Shown piece by piece: positions 1-11,298 of a DNA stretch of 64,000 nt. This DNA is from Barthelona sp. PCE (taxonomy: Eukaryota): assembly GCA_040285745.1 (NCBI GenBank), contig JAUFOR010000002.1, positions 868,001 through 932,000 on the forward strand. The letters run 5' to 3'. Position 1 is the stretch's first letter. Each line of letters begins with the position of its first letter. A model generated the notes under the pieces. It was not told the DNA's origin. It made no database searches and saw only the letters and a program-made list of their open reading frames with translations. Made by a program: the position numbers and the translations under genes.

Positions 1-1
1 A

Positions 2-280
2 CTTATATACACAACAAAAGCCCGTAACGATCTGGTTGTCAGCAAATCGCTTCACACAGGGCTCATATGCAGGCAACCGGCGCACATGTTGCCTATTGTG
101 GCTTCTGCTCATACAGATGGGATACTATTTACAGGGCAATTCAACGGAGTCGTTGCGAGATGGGACATGATCTCATTGCAGCACCAGAGCCGCGGCATCA
201 CAACATTAACAAAAGTTGATGCCTCAAGATCAAATGCAGCGCATGTCTTTGCTGATGAAAGGGGCTTTACTGCTGATTGA
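2..280 (+). CDS. 5'-truncated CDS, possibly WD40/beta-propeller protein (C-terminal part)
   Basis: Frame open from position 2 to TGA at 278-280; ILFTGQFNGVVARWD resembles a WD40 repeat end; overlaps the Rpn10 stop by 14 nt. Confidence 0.5.
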   Translation, partial: LIYTTKARNDLVVSKSLHTGLICRQPAHMLPIVASAHTDGILFTGQFNGVVARWDMISLQHQSRGITTLTKVDASRSNAAHVFADERGFTAD

Positions 281-1091
281 TGAATTCTTCATACTGCGAC
301 ACTAACAGCTCAATAGTTTCCGCATCACACTCACTCAGATCAATTCCCTGTTCCAACCAATACAAACCACACTCCTCTGTGTATGCTGCAGGTTCGGCGG
401 CTGCAGGCTCGGAAACGTTGGCGGACTGCATGCTTTCCTCAAGTACCTGCTGCATCTGTTCTTCTTCAGTCATATTGGGAGGTACATAAGCCATCATGTT
501 GTTTGCACCTCCGAAAAGAGAAGTTGCGCGCATGAGATCGGTCAGATTCCCCTGGCGACTAATGGTTATGAGCTCATTGGGGATAATCTCTTCATAGTAA
601 AAATGATGGTAACTATCAACAATGTTCCTTAAAACAGCGGCGTTCTGTGTTGTTACGTCACGGCCGAAAGACACAACAACGAGCTTAATGCGTGCGTCCT
701 TTAATGCATCTTGCACCTTCTGAAGACGTTCCTCATCCTCAATATCTATCGGATTACAAACTAACAACACAATGCTCTTACGAAAGTGATCCTCTGCACC
801 TGCGTTCTGTAGAGTGAGAATGCCCAAACGGATAGCACGTACAATATCATAAGATGGATTAAATTTTGCTTTCTGAAAACTGTTCAAAATCTTTGTACGA
901 TCCCTTGTACAAGGGCTGAGCACTCCACCCCCGCCCGTAACGAAGCCCACAGTATTTTCTCCGTTGGAACTTAAAAAGTAGTCTGTAAATGAACCGCTCG
1001 CAGTTAATTGTGCTTCTAGCCGGCTACTAATGTAATCATACGATCTCGCATAATCTGAATTGTCAATAACAACAACACAAGCCTCTGGCAT
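267..1091 (-). CDS. RPN10: 26S proteasome ubiquitin receptor Rpn10/PSMD4
   Basis: N-terminal EACVVVIDNSDYAR..SRLEAQ..NGENTVG vWA motifs; UIM-like MTEEEQMQQVLEESMQ. Confidence 0.85.
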   Translation of the reverse strand: MPEACVVVIDNSDYARSYDYISSRLEAQLTASGSFTDYFLSSNGENTVGFVTGGGGVLSPCTRDRTKILNSFQKAKFNPSYDIVRAIRLGILTLQNAGAEDHFRKSIVLLVCNPIDIEDEERLQKVQDALKDARIKLVVVSFGRDVTTQNAAVLRNIVDSYHHFYYEEIIPNELITISRQGNLTDLMRATSLFGGANNMMAYVPPNMTEEEQMQQVLEESMQSANVSEPAAAEPAAYTEECGLYWLEQGIDLSECDAETIELLVSQYEEFINQQ

Positions 1092-1332
1092 CCAATGAGA
1101 AGGAGAATAAAAGCTTTTTCAACAAAACAATGCTTTACTAATTGACTTAAGCTCGCAATACTAAACAACCTCCACATAAAGCGTTTTCACGCTGGGAAAA
1201 AGAAAAAATCACTAAACTTGGGCTTTTCATTTGTTCTGCTCAATATATGAATATTACCTGTATCAAATGTGGGAACATGGTTTAAATTGTGTAAGACCTA
1301 TACCTGCTTAACTACAATGATTTACAAAAGCT

Positions 1333-2694
1333 CTAACTATCTAAAAAGAGCCAACTAACAAACTCAGTTTCCTTTTTCGAATCCTTCCTCTTGTTACCAC
1401 CTGTGTTGCGCTCTTTTAGCTTTGTCACACGCCTCCATGTCTGTATCTCATCCACAAAACGGTTCATAAGCGATACATAATCCACGGGTATCAACTGCTC
1501 ATCCGTGTTGGCTTCCTCGCCAGGAGGGAGAGGAGTACCTGATATCAACCGAATGTACTCCTTGTACGGCTCACTCAATAACTCACAATTCAAAATCGGG
1601 AAAATCTGTTCCCTCAACGGTAGCGGGAAAAAACTCTTCTCTAACTTTTTTAATTTCTCTTTGCACACCTCATAGTACTCAAGTAGATTTTCTCTAGTTA
1701 TGACACCTGCAAGCTTTTTCTGCAAAAACATGCTGGAGTTCAACAAGCACTGTGATATAAAATAAAACTTCTCCTGTTCATCAATGATGTTCCTCGATTG
1801 ACTCAGGAACGTGATTGCGCGACATGAGTACAACTCTCTGGTGTTCTTATCCCTTCTCGCAACGCTCGCTGTCACTAGCTCCGGTCTGTAGTGAGCTGGA
1901 ACACCAAAAAGTCGTGTGATGCTAGTTTTCAGACTGTTTGGTATCGTGTGAAGAACTCCCTCCACGTAATGCGACTTATCTGTCTTTGTTATGGTTGGAA
2001 GCGGTGCCATCACATTAGATACAGGCTTTTTAAGCAGCTCAAACCTCCAACCATGGATAGTCGCTGGGGCTGGGTGCGTAGTCTCAAGAGATGGGAAGAT
2101 CTGAAGGAACAAATCAGGATTGACGAAAATATCATATGCAAAAAGGAAGAAAAATCCTTCTGGTGGTGTTTTTATCTGCTTTTGACTAATTATAACGTTT
2201 TCTTTGATCTTTTTTGGCATCCTTTCATCTCTGAAAGATTTTATCTTTAAACTATCGTGCTTAGTAACAGCCATCAGTCTTTGATTCAGTTCAGGGAGTT
2301 TAGTTCCCAGGTCATGCTCAGAAGTGACTGTGCTAAGTTTATAATAACGACGAAAAACTGGTTTTCGCGATATTGTTTTGCCAAAACCTCCAATACGACG
2401 CATTTCTTTATGCTTTCGCCGATATTTAGAGCCACCATATGGCCGAGCAGACTTGATAGCTGGACTACTGAAAGTCAAATCTGACAAATCCTCAAAATTG
2501 TGTGTGGAACATGATACACGTGATGTTACAGATCCCCCGACCGTCACTCTTGGGTGATTCGGCGCTTTATAACTAAGTTTAATCTCTGGAAGCTCAACAG
2601 CCTTAACTATTTCCAGATTCGAACCTTCCGATGTGTCCGACATCGCATTATCAGGAAAAGGTGAGTGTGAAGGCGAATCGAGACTGGAGGACAT
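1333..2694 (-). CDS. Protein with gamma-glutamylcyclotransferase (GGCT/AIG2)-like domain and basic low-complexity N-terminus
   Basis: First ATG at 2694; FLFAYD..PATIHGWRFEL..VEGVLHTI resembles GGCT-fold motifs (YFAYG..ARL.GYRL.F..VWGVLY). Confidence 0.5.
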   Translation of the reverse strand: MSSSLDSPSHSPFPDNAMSDTSEGSNLEIVKAVELPEIKLSYKAPNHPRVTVGGSVTSRVSCSTHNFEDLSDLTFSSPAIKSARPYGGSKYRRKHKEMRRIGGFGKTISRKPVFRRYYKLSTVTSEHDLGTKLPELNQRLMAVTKHDSLKIKSFRDERMPKKIKENVIISQKQIKTPPEGFFFLFAYDIFVNPDLFLQIFPSLETTHPAPATIHGWRFELLKKPVSNVMAPLPTITKTDKSHYVEGVLHTIPNSLKTSITRLFGVPAHYRPELVTASVARRDKNTRELYSCRAITFLSQSRNIIDEQEKFYFISQCLLNSSMFLQKKLAGVITRENLLEYYEVCKEKLKKLEKSFFPLPLREQIFPILNCELLSEPYKEYIRLISGTPLPPGEEANTDEQLIPVDYVSLMNRFVDEIQTWRRVTKLKERNTGGNKRKDSKKETEFVSWLFLDS

Positions 2695-2810
2695 CACACA
2701 AACCAGTGAAAGTGAAAGGAGGAAGAAAAACTTAACAGAAAAAACAAAACATTTATTTTGGATACGTGTGATATTTAAAGAAGGGAACCCCTCAATTTTG
2801 TATTGAAAAG

Positions 2811-3983
2811 TTAAAAAGAATAGTATTTAATACTTTTATCATTACAAGCTAAAAAGAGACCAGAATCACACACTTTATGGTCGAAACATTTCGATGCTGA
2901 GTGCTGCAACGTGTGCTTTGTCTGGCCCAAAAGACTATCAATCACATAGACGTTCGGACTGAATCCACTACAGACCAAGTTACACCCACTTTCTGTAAAA
3001 GACAGTGACAGAAGCGGTTCGCTACACACAGAGATCTCCCAAAGACACGCACTCCTGCTGCGAGAAGGCATTCGAATATCAAACACATACACATCACCAC
3101 CCATAGAAGAAGCAGCGACAAAATGATGGGAAATGTCAACGTCTGAGATGAATCGGCAGCCCATGGCACTGTGCATCACCAGCTGTCCGCTGCGCATATC
3201 CCACAGGTCAACAGCGCCAACCTGGGTTCCAACGCACGCCAAAGTCGATTTCGATCTCAGACACGTGATAGGGGAAATGTACCTCTGTGTGTGTATTGTA
3301 TCCATGTTAGAATCGTGGATACTTAACTCTCCAGCATATGAAGTAGAAATAAGGTGGTCATCTATCCACTGCAATCCACTTATACGCTCTCCGCATTCAG
3401 CCGACTCCTTCCGAGCTCCTCTTGAATCCATAATCGATACCAAACCACGATACGTCCCAATGGCAAACACATCATCGCTTAAAGCGATAGCTGAACCGTA
3501 ATCACCTTCAACTGATCCTGAAACAATTCTTTCTGTGATATCCATTGCAGGAGCAACAAAATACTCTCCATTGCGGCATATGCACCCAATAACTCCTTCA
3601 TTAACATGGGAAAAATGATAATCTAATGATTTTGGCATCATTTCACCAATAAAAGATGTGTTACTGAGCTCTGTGGATATAACTCGGTTGTTTTCCTCGA
3701 GGTACAAGTCCATTATCTGTTGTTTTGAAGGTACATTGTACTCAGAATTAATAATTCCTCTAAACACCTCAAGCTCATCGCTTCCAAAAACATAACGCTC
3801 ATCTAAACTGTCTAGAGCTCCCTCGCCCAGTGCGTTGAACAATAAGTCTTGCTGCTCAATTGGTAATTCACACCATACACTCTCAAATCTTTCAACTGTA
3901 TCGCTTTCCAGTTCTCCAAACAAAGTGTGTGGTTCCTCTAGTGATGATAGAAGCTGATATATATCACCAATTGAAAACTTCAT
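2811..3983 (-). CDS. WD40-repeat protein
   Basis: Repeats such as VGTQVGAVDLWDMR and ASSMGGDVYVFDIR; first ATG at 3983 (ORF track uses an alternative start). Confidence 0.75.
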   Translation of the reverse strand: MKFSIGDIYQLLSSLEEPHTLFGELESDTVERFESVWCELPIEQQDLLFNALGEGALDSLDERYVFGSDELEVFRGIINSEYNVPSKQQIMDLYLEENNRVISTELSNTSFIGEMMPKSLDYHFSHVNEGVIGCICRNGEYFVAPAMDITERIVSGSVEGDYGSAIALSDDVFAIGTYRGLVSIMDSRGARKESAECGERISGLQWIDDHLISTSYAGELSIHDSNMDTIHTQRYISPITCLRSKSTLACVGTQVGAVDLWDMRSGQLVMHSAMGCRFISDVDISHHFVAASSMGGDVYVFDIRMPSRSRSACLWEISVCSEPLLSLSFTESGCNLVCSGFSPNVYVIDSLLGQTKHTLQHSASKCFDHKVCDSGLFLACNDKSIKYYSF

Positions 3984-4117
3984 TGAAAAAGTGTGAAAAG
4001 TGAAAACTAGTGTTTGCAAAACTGATTTCAACCTGTTTTATGTCACAGTTCGTGAGCTATACCATAAGAATTATGATAGTCGTTTTGGATTTATTTGATG
4101 TTACTGATAATTCATCA

Positions 4118-6772
4118 CTATGTTGTTGTGCATATTCCATCTACAGCTGTCTCTGAATCAAGACAAGGGAGACAATATGAACGACCATATGCTGAAGTTT
4201 GATTGCCTGTACATGCTGTACAACCTGACATACCCGTGGACGGGGCGTATGTTCCAGGCAAACATGGCTCGCATAGTCCTCCCTCCTCTGAAAAGAATCC
4301 AAGTGGGCAAGGTGTTATATGACTGGAGTGACACTTGTTCCCAGGTAAACACTGATCACACATCTCAGTTGTCTCATTATAGTACTCTGTAATACCTGTA
4401 CATGGCAATATTGTGCGGTTAGCTGTGTGATATCTCCACCCAGGCATCTCTGTTGTGTTTGTACATTTAGAAGCTCCACCAAAACTGAATGCTCCCTCGG
4501 GGCACTCCTTCCGGATACCAGCAAGGCAGTAATACCCAGAGTTACATGTCTCACAATACTCTGTTCCATTCGACCAGACTGTGGCATACTGACCTGATTC
4601 ACAAAGACATGCAGTTCCATTTCCGGCACAATCAAGGCATGAAGACGCTCCTTCAAATGAATAGAACCCATCACCGCAGTCAGTGCAGTTATTTCCGGCC
4701 AATGACTTAGTGTTAGCCGGACACACGTCACAAATGGCAATGGAGTCTGCCACAACACCCTCAATTTCAAGCACAACGCTGTAATAACCATCAGGACATG
4801 CTGTTTGGCTAGATGATCCACTGGCAGCATAGTAGTTGAGATCAACGTCCAAGCATGCATCAAATGCGTCTCCGCCTGTGCTTGGGTTGTATGTGCCTCC
4901 AGGACAGTCGACACATGCTGCTATCGTCGTCCCTCCCTCCAACTCGTTGTACGTTCCTGATGGGCAGGCTGTGTATGTGATACCGTTTCCGTCTGCGTAG
5001 CTTCCTTTGGGAATCAAAGAACATGTGGAGCATGCGCCTGCTGCACAAAACTTATCCGCGTCACATGCAACGCAAGAGGCTGAACTTGTCGATTCGCTGT
5101 CTGGATTAGCGGTACCGGATGGACACTCTGTTTGGACATTGCTCTCTGTACTGTCGACATAGTAACCTGGGTCAGCACCCGTACACTCGGTCATTCCGGT
5201 GCTGTCCGCATAAAACCCCTTATCACAAACCTCTTTGCCACCAGTGGGTGTACAATAACTGCCTTCAGGACATATTGTCTGAGAAGTTGCTGCGTCTGAT
5301 GTCACATAATAACCATCATCAACAGTGATGCAAGATGACTGCCCAGTGTTCGGCTGATACTGCTTGTCAGTTTGCTGACAATCGCTGCATGTTGCTGAAG
5401 ATGTAGCCTCTGTGGCGCTGGAGGATGTGCCCTCTGGGCATGCTTCACGATGCGTGATGCCTTCACAGAAGTAGCCCGCCTCACACGATGCGCACTGAGA
5501 CTGTAACCAACGGCCTGTTGTTGTGCCATACGATCCTGCACTACATTCGTCACAATCAGAAAGCCACTTTGTTCCAGTAGAGCCACAATAGTAACCTAAA
5601 GGTGCAGTTACACATGAGCTTTGTCCTTTTATATTCTGATAGCTTCCCAGAGGACACACAGTCGGTTCGTATGCACGTGTGCTGTCAGCGTATTTGCCGC
5701 GAGGTGCTTTTACCTCCGTTTCGTCACCATTAGTGCTATAATAGCCTAATGTTGTCAGTCTCGGTAGGTATTCTGTAACAAACACCTCGCTAAGTGAACG
5801 GAATCGAGACTTTCCACCATATAAATGGAGTTTGTCATCGTATTCGAACGCAAACCCTCCAGAAGAAGCAGTAAACGTGTTTGTAATTGGGGGAGATCTC
5901 CACGCGTCCAAAATTGGATCAAACTCCAAAGTCGACCCTTCATAGTAGCTTGGTGCGATATCAGTAAACCCGCCCAATAACAAAATACGACCACGTGACA
6001 CAACCACTGCCCTGTTGGAAGCAGTAAATGTTGCATCCGGAGTCAGCGCCTCATATGTAACGATTGCCGTTGTCGATGTCAAAGAAGTTATATCCAGTGA
6101 GAAAAACTCGTCAGCAGACCCGCCGCTGTCTTCTCCTCCGTGGCAATATACTTTTCCGTCCTCACTGTTGTATGAACATGAACATAAACCCATCTGGGGG
6201 GGTGAACCACCGTTGACAGTGACAGAAAGCCATCTATTGAGACTGGAATCATAGATAGTAACATCGTTGTAGTACAGGCCTCCTCCGTTCGTGCCTCCAA
6301 ATATAACTGCGTATCTGTTTGAGTATGAGCATCCGCAAGGGTTAACTCTCTCAGTCGGTGATGATCCCGAAGGAGACAGCGTGCTCCATGTGTTCCCTGC
6401 AATGTTATAAGAAAGTACAGAGGTTAAGAAAAAGGATGAGATCCCGTGGAAAGTATAGATCTTATCGTTTAACAAGGTAACGAAATGACCTTTACGCTTC
6501 TCGGTATCTCCCATGCTCTCAAGCTCGCTCCATGTGTCTGTTGTGAGATCAAGCTTGAATGTAGTATCATAAACTGTGGAAGCACCACTTGTACCTCCAA
6601 TAATGTACAAAGCGTCGTTGTAGATCACACCTGATCCAAAATCTGAGCGGATGGGTGCTGTTCCCGTTGTGCTAAGTGTGCTCCAAGTTTCGCATAATAC
6701 GACAGGAGCTAAAAAAAGCAAGACAGTTATAAATACGTGTATGCTCTTTGAAAGGTTGTATCTAAGGTACAT
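4118..6772 (-). CDS. Secreted Kelch-repeat + Cys-rich (GCC2/GCC3, ephrin-receptor-like) repeat protein
   Basis: Signal-like N-terminus; Kelch GG motifs (LYIIGG, VIFGG, YCHGG, LLLGG, LYGG); many CPxGxY/CxxC repeats; no C-terminal TM. Confidence 0.8.
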   Translation of the reverse strand: MYLRYNLSKSIHVFITVLLFLAPVVLCETWSTLSTTGTAPIRSDFGSGVIYNDALYIIGGTSGASTVYDTTFKLDLTTDTWSELESMGDTEKRKGHFVTLLNDKIYTFHGISSFFLTSVLSYNIAGNTWSTLSPSGSSPTERVNPCGCSYSNRYAVIFGGTNGGGLYYNDVTIYDSSLNRWLSVTVNGGSPPQMGLCSCSYNSEDGKVYCHGGEDSGGSADEFFSLDITSLTSTTAIVTYEALTPDATFTASNRAVVVSRGRILLLGGFTDIAPSYYEGSTLEFDPILDAWRSPPITNTFTASSGGFAFEYDDKLHLYGGKSRFRSLSEVFVTEYLPRLTTLGYYSTNGDETEVKAPRGKYADSTRAYEPTVCPLGSYQNIKGQSSCVTAPLGYYCGSTGTKWLSDCDECSAGSYGTTTGRWLQSQCASCEAGYFCEGITHREACPEGTSSSATEATSSATCSDCQQTDKQYQPNTGQSSCITVDDGYYVTSDAATSQTICPEGSYCTPTGGKEVCDKGFYADSTGMTECTGADPGYYVDSTESNVQTECPSGTANPDSESTSSASCVACDADKFCAAGACSTCSLIPKGSYADGNGITYTACPSGTYNELEGGTTIAACVDCPGGTYNPSTGGDAFDACLDVDLNYYAASGSSSQTACPDGYYSVVLEIEGVVADSIAICDVCPANTKSLAGNNCTDCGDGFYSFEGASSCLDCAGNGTACLCESGQYATVWSNGTEYCETCNSGYYCLAGIRKECPEGAFSFGGASKCTNTTEMPGWRYHTANRTILPCTGITEYYNETTEMCDQCLPGNKCHSSHITPCPLGFFSEEGGLCEPCLPGTYAPSTGMSGCTACTGNQTSAYGRSYCLPCLDSETAVDGICTTT

Positions 6773-7177
6773 TAATGCGACTAATTCATCGAAAAAACTT
6801 CGATTACGTGAGAATGTGAAGAAAACGTTTTACATAACAAATGAACTTAATGTAGACCATATTTTCAAGTTAGATGATGTCTTTCCATGTACATCAAGGA
6901 ATGTGTATGATAAAAAAATTTATATAGCACAAAAACAAAAACCTGCAAAAATGTTGCATTGCATTTGTTTATATATTACATTTATTAATCCATTTTAACA
7001 ACTCCACACAATTTTAACAGATTAAAGACCATTGAAATACCTGCCCGAAAAAGTTTGCTAAAAATGCCATTGTGAGTAAACTCCCGTCGTACTAAGTACA
7101 TTATATCACCAAAGACTTGTATAATTTCTAAATAGTAGATACTGAAGTTTGTTTCATTTTACTCCCTTACTCCTGAC

Positions 7178-7846
7178 ATGACATTCGATTTTAGTGTCAA
7201 CTCTCGGTTGTTGTATGAACAGCATTCACAGAGAAACCGACGAAAGAAGCGTAGCTTAAGAGTGTGTCTGTTGAGCACAGTTCTCCTTCTTGTTGCATCA
7301 GTTACAATAGTTGTCATTCTTTACATCAACACAAACGAATATGAACAACCTGGACAGCTAGATTTGCCCCTAAATTTCACCATTAATGAAAAGAATTGGG
7401 TTTTTGCTCGTTTTTATGAGATTCGCAACCTCGATGATCAGATTGTTGGGCGAATGAAGGTACCTCTATTCTCACACACAATCAGATTGCTTACTAAAGA
7501 TGAGAAGCTAAACAAAACCATGGTTATTGAGCAACAAAGTTATGGACAAAAGTGTGAAGTACGAAATGGGAAGGCAGATGGCGACATGCAGTCTGTGATC
7601 GATGTTAATATTGAAGATAGTTATCTTGAGCGTGAGGTCACTTTTCAACTGTTTAATGAATTTGGAGTAATGTTAGCAACTTCAGAGGATACTGAAAAGT
7701 CCCTGTGTGTGCTCAAACACACTGCAGATGGTCGTGTATTAGCAAAAATTTCAAAAGAAAGTCTTAGTTTTCATTCCAGTATAGATGTGTATGATGACAC
7801 AGCATTTAGTCCTTCTATTTATGCTTTCGTGGCTGCTTTAATCTAA
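7178..7846 (+). CDS. Type II single-pass membrane protein, beta-rich ectodomain (possibly LURP/scramblase-like)
   Basis: Basic RRKKR then hydrophobic VCLLSTVLLLVASVTIVVILYI; 222-aa ORF followed by AGTAAA. Confidence 0.6.
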   Translation: MTFDFSVNSRLLYEQHSQRNRRKKRSLRVCLLSTVLLLVASVTIVVILYINTNEYEQPGQLDLPLNFTINEKNWVFARFYEIRNLDDQIVGRMKVPLFSHTIRLLTKDEKLNKTMVIEQQSYGQKCEVRNGKADGDMQSVIDVNIEDSYLEREVTFQLFNEFGVMLATSEDTEKSLCVLKHTADGRVLAKISKESLSFHSSIDVYDDTAFSPSIYAFVAALI

Positions 7847-7973
7847 CTGACTTCAGAATTTAATATTCTTCATTAGCAAATTATCATAGTAAACAAGAAA
7901 TTTTTTTTTTTTGTATTTATTATAGCAGAAACCTATCATGAGTACTTAACTCTAGACTGTTATATCCATCGAT

Positions 7974-8325
7974 TTAGTAAAGCATGACACGAACCTGGCT
8001 AGAGAGAGCCTTAGGAGGGAGGTTAGACTTGAAACGAGCTCTGAAAGCACCAGTGTTACCGTGGGACTTGTAAAGCTTACCCCAGATGGTACGGAGACCA
8101 GCCTTGGTTCTGTAAACGTAAGCAACACGCTTGCCGAGATAGAAAGGAGTTTCTTCCTTGGAGTTGACACCCTCAACCTTAACGATGGAGACGGAGTTGT
8201 CAGCGCCGTGACGCCAATGTCTGAAACCAGTAACAATTCCCTTAGAGTGGAGACTAAATGTTAGTTCTTCCCCATACATTCCTAAAAAGTAAAAATAAAG
8301 CATACCGAACCTTCTTTGCAACCAT
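7974..8325 (-). CDS. RPL35A: 60S ribosomal protein L35a (eL33), two exons: 8325-8306 and 8253-7974
   Basis: Spliced product MVAKKVRLHSKG...FYLGKRVAYVY...IWGK...HGNTGAFRARFKSNLP...VRVMLY. Confidence 0.93.
8254..8305 (-). other. Spliceosomal intron in RPL35A (52 nt)
   Basis: GTATGC...ACTAAC-ATT-TAG; removal restores the conserved R-L-H-S-K-G N-terminus. Confidence 0.9.
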
Positions 8326-8534
8326 TTGAGTGATGGAGTTTCTGTATAAAAGAATAAAAATGGAAAGGAGATGAGGGAGCTGTATCTGCTTTTATACAGC
8401 TTTTCTTTTACTTGTTTCACTATGATTGGTAACACTATACGTGTGTAAACCATTTGCTGTATCACAATTTGAATTTCTTCAATGTTTTATAGTTAGTATT
8501 TTTTTTATCTGCAAAAAACTAAATAAATAACTCT

Positions 8535-9602
8535 TTATTCCATGTTACAATCTTCTGGGTACTCGTTAGCAGCATGAGGCTCCATATCAGGATCATACTC
8601 TTCTCTTACGGAATTGAAAAATGGATGAAACATTGCTTCTCTAGCCGTGGGTCTTTCCTGATGGTCATACTGCAAACAGCTCTTAATGAGGTTCAGTGCA
8701 TCACTGGATACCAAGTGCTGATTGGTCTCTGTAACGAACTTTAAGAAAGGTTTCTTTTGATGTGTTCCGACGGCTCTTTCAATTTCCCAGTCAAGACTGA
8801 TGCTGTATTTAGAAAGATAAGCATAGAAATCATCAGTTCCAAGTACTTTAACAATCTTCACTAGCTGATCAACATTGTTCTGTCCCCTAAAGAAGGGCTC
8901 ACGACCAAAAATAAGTCCTGCAAGAACACAGCCGAAGCTCCAAAGATCAAGAGAGTAATCATAATACTGGAAATTAACCAAAAGTTCCGGTCCCTTGAAG
9001 AAGCGACTTGCAACACGCACATTGTAAGGTACACCGGGAATGTAGAATTCAGCTAGGCCGAAATCGATGAGTTTCAGCTGCTTTTTAATGGGATCAATAA
9101 CCAAATTGTTGGGCTTGACATCTCGGTGAATGATACCTCTTGAATGGCAGTGATCAAGAGCCTTCAGCAACTGGTAACAATAATAACGTATATCTTGTAA
9201 TGTGAATGAAGGCCACAGCGCACGATAGTCGACATTGTTAATAGCTTCAAAAATAATTGCAGGAACACGACTAAGAGTATCACGCACAATTTCCACAACT
9301 CCTACAATGTTCGGTCCACCGTTTAATGTGGTTAAAATCTTGATTTCACGTCTAATTTTACGCTTTTTAACTGGCTTTAAGATTTTTATGATGACCTTTT
9401 CATCTGCTTCTGTGTCCCAGCCTTCGAACACGTCAGAGTATTTACCCCTACCAATCTTGCGAGTAATCTCGTAACGATCCTGGTTTCCCCATTCTATCTC
9501 GTACGTTTCATACTCTGAATACTCTGGAGGCATCTCCACGTTGACGTTTCGATAAGGAGAACGAGCTACCTTCAAAGTATCAACTGTATTCTGTGACTGC
9601 AT
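8535..9602 (-). CDS. CSNK2A: Casein kinase II alpha catalytic subunit
   Basis: [48 protein letters not shown]. Confidence 0.96.
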   Translation of the reverse strand: MQSQNTVDTLKVARSPYRNVNVEMPPEYSEYETYEIEWGNQDRYEITRKIGRGKYSDVFEGWDTEADEKVIIKILKPVKKRKIRREIKILTTLNGGPNIVGVVEIVRDTLSRVPAIIFEAINNVDYRALWPSFTLQDIRYYCYQLLKALDHCHSRGIIHRDVKPNNLVIDPIKKQLKLIDFGLAEFYIPGVPYNVRVASRFFKGPELLVNFQYYDYSLDLWSFGCVLAGLIFGREPFFRGQNNVDQLVKIVKVLGTDDFYAYLSKYSISLDWEIERAVGTHQKKPFLKFVTETNQHLVSSDALNLIKSCLQYDHQERPTAREAMFHPFFNSVREEYDPDMEPHAANEYPEDCNME

Positions 9603-9730
9603 AATGATATATTGAATGAATGCAATAACAGGTAAAAACTAATTTTTGCATGTGCACCGGATTATATACTATCAAATAAAAGTCATGCAGCGAATATTTA
9701 TTCCACTAAATAAGAGAAACAATGTTGATC

Positions 9731-10276
9731 TTATAATTCCTGATCTTCAAAGGTACGCAAGTACTCACCAATATCAGATTGCCATATGACAATCAAGTCC
9801 TCGTTATCAGCATGACGGAATTCCATTGAACCCTTAACAAGAACACCAAAACCTAAAGCATCTTCATGCTCATTAAATACTACGACACCTGCATTCACAG
9901 GGGCTCCTTCTGTCATGTGTTCAACGTGACCTTTGGATAAACTTTGACCATATGTGAATGTCATTTCACCTTGTGAATTAACAACAACCTTATTCAATGC
10001 AAATTGTGCTAAGTAAGGCAGAGCTGTGATTTGCAACTGGAACTTACCAGATTTAGTAAACTTACCGAAACACACTCCACTAGCTACCAACTGTTTTCTT
10101 GGTAGAGGAGTCACACGTCGTAATTGATTCTCTGACATGTAAAATAAACGTGTTTTGTGCATCCTGAAACAATACTTTTCATCCGGTCGTTCAACTAAAT
10201 GCCTTAAATTTCCTCCAATGAACTTTGCAAGCTTTTCAAACACTAATCTAGTCTCATCTTCTGTTAACTTTCTCAT
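9731..10276 (-). CDS. NIP7: 60S ribosome biogenesis protein NIP7
   Basis: MRKLTEDETRLVFEKLAKFIG, GVCFGKFTKSGKF, QSDIGEYLR; start placed at ATG 10276. Confidence 0.93.
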   Translation of the reverse strand: MRKLTEDETRLVFEKLAKFIGGNLRHLVERPDEKYCFRMHKTRLFYMSENQLRRVTPLPRKQLVASGVCFGKFTKSGKFQLQITALPYLAQFALNKVVVNSQGEMTFTYGQSLSKGHVEHMTEGAPVNAGVVVFNEHEDALGFGVLVKGSMEFRHADNEDLIVIWQSDIGEYLRTFEDQEL

Positions 10277-10345
10277 ACTGAGTGTGTATACGTTCTGAAC
10301 AAATGAAAAAAGGTTATATAGTCCGAAACATATTCTCAAAATTTA

Positions 10346-11056
10346 TTATTCACTTTCACTCATAAGTACAGGAGCTGGGGTGGATGATGGGATCCTAGCC
10401 CTTAAATAAGATGTTACCATAGAGATAGCTTCAGAATTGTAGCCACCACGAGGAACAATAACATCGGCGTATCTTTTTGACGGTTCAACAAAAGACAGAA
10501 AGGCATTTCTGACTGTCTTTTGGTACTGATCGCACACGTGATCGAGTGAGCGGCCTCTTTCAAGAACATCACGCTTAAGACGTCTGATGAATGCAATGTC
10601 CAAATCCACATCGACGAAAATCGACACGTCAAATAACTCGCGCAGCTTCTTAATTGCAAAGACAAGGATACCCTCCACAACGATAACGCGATGAGGTTCA
10701 ACATGAACTCCATCACCAACAACACGCATTGAAGTTGTGAAATCATACTTGGGCATTGTAATACTGTTCCCGCACTTGAGTTCCTTGATGTGCTCAATCA
10801 GCAGTTCAGTATCAAGAGAATCAGGATGATCCCAATCAATCAATTCATGATTCCCATGATCATACATATCAAGTCCCTTGTAATACATATCATGATGAAG
10901 TACAGAAAGGTGTTGTGAACCAACAGAACTGTAAATTGCATCCACAAGTGTGGATTTTCCACTTCCGGATGCTCCTGCGATACCAACAATAAGAGGCTTC
11001 TCGTTGTTGATGTTCTTTGGAACAGTTAAGTTATCACAAACAATTTCTGGCTCCAT
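10346..11056 (-). CDS. udk: Uridine/cytidine kinase (stand-alone, udk type)
   Basis: GIAGASGSGKST, DWDHPDSLD, VIVVEGIL, RRLKRDVLERGR, FVEPSKRYADVIVP. Confidence 0.92.
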   Translation of the reverse strand: MEPEIVCDNLTVPKNINNEKPLIVGIAGASGSGKSTLVDAIYSSVGSQHLSVLHHDMYYKGLDMYDHGNHELIDWDHPDSLDTELLIEHIKELKCGNSITMPKYDFTTSMRVVGDGVHVEPHRVIVVEGILVFAIKKLRELFDVSIFVDVDLDIAFIRRLKRDVLERGRSLDHVCDQYQKTVRNAFLSFVEPSKRYADVIVPRGGYNSEAISMVTSYLRARIPSSTPAPVLMSESE

Positions 11057-11298
11057 TTAGTCAACTAAAACGCAACAACCTGCAAAAAAGGTGAAAAACA
11101 AAAAATCTAAGTGAAAAAAAGCCCGATCTGCAAGCTCATACTGATCCGATCCCAAAAACAACTTCAGGTTGATCCAAATATAGCTTCCCACTGTGAATCA
11201 CACATAAATCATTATTAAAACAAGGATAAAACCAAAAGGAACAATTTCTTTTCATCACCTCTTTCTTGTATCGTTGAACGCATCTCCATACAACCAAA

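Noticed and set aside
7974-8465. 163-aa ORF-track model for RPL35A with long N-terminus
   Set aside because: Reads through the intron and promoter; the spliced model from ATG 8325 fits the family
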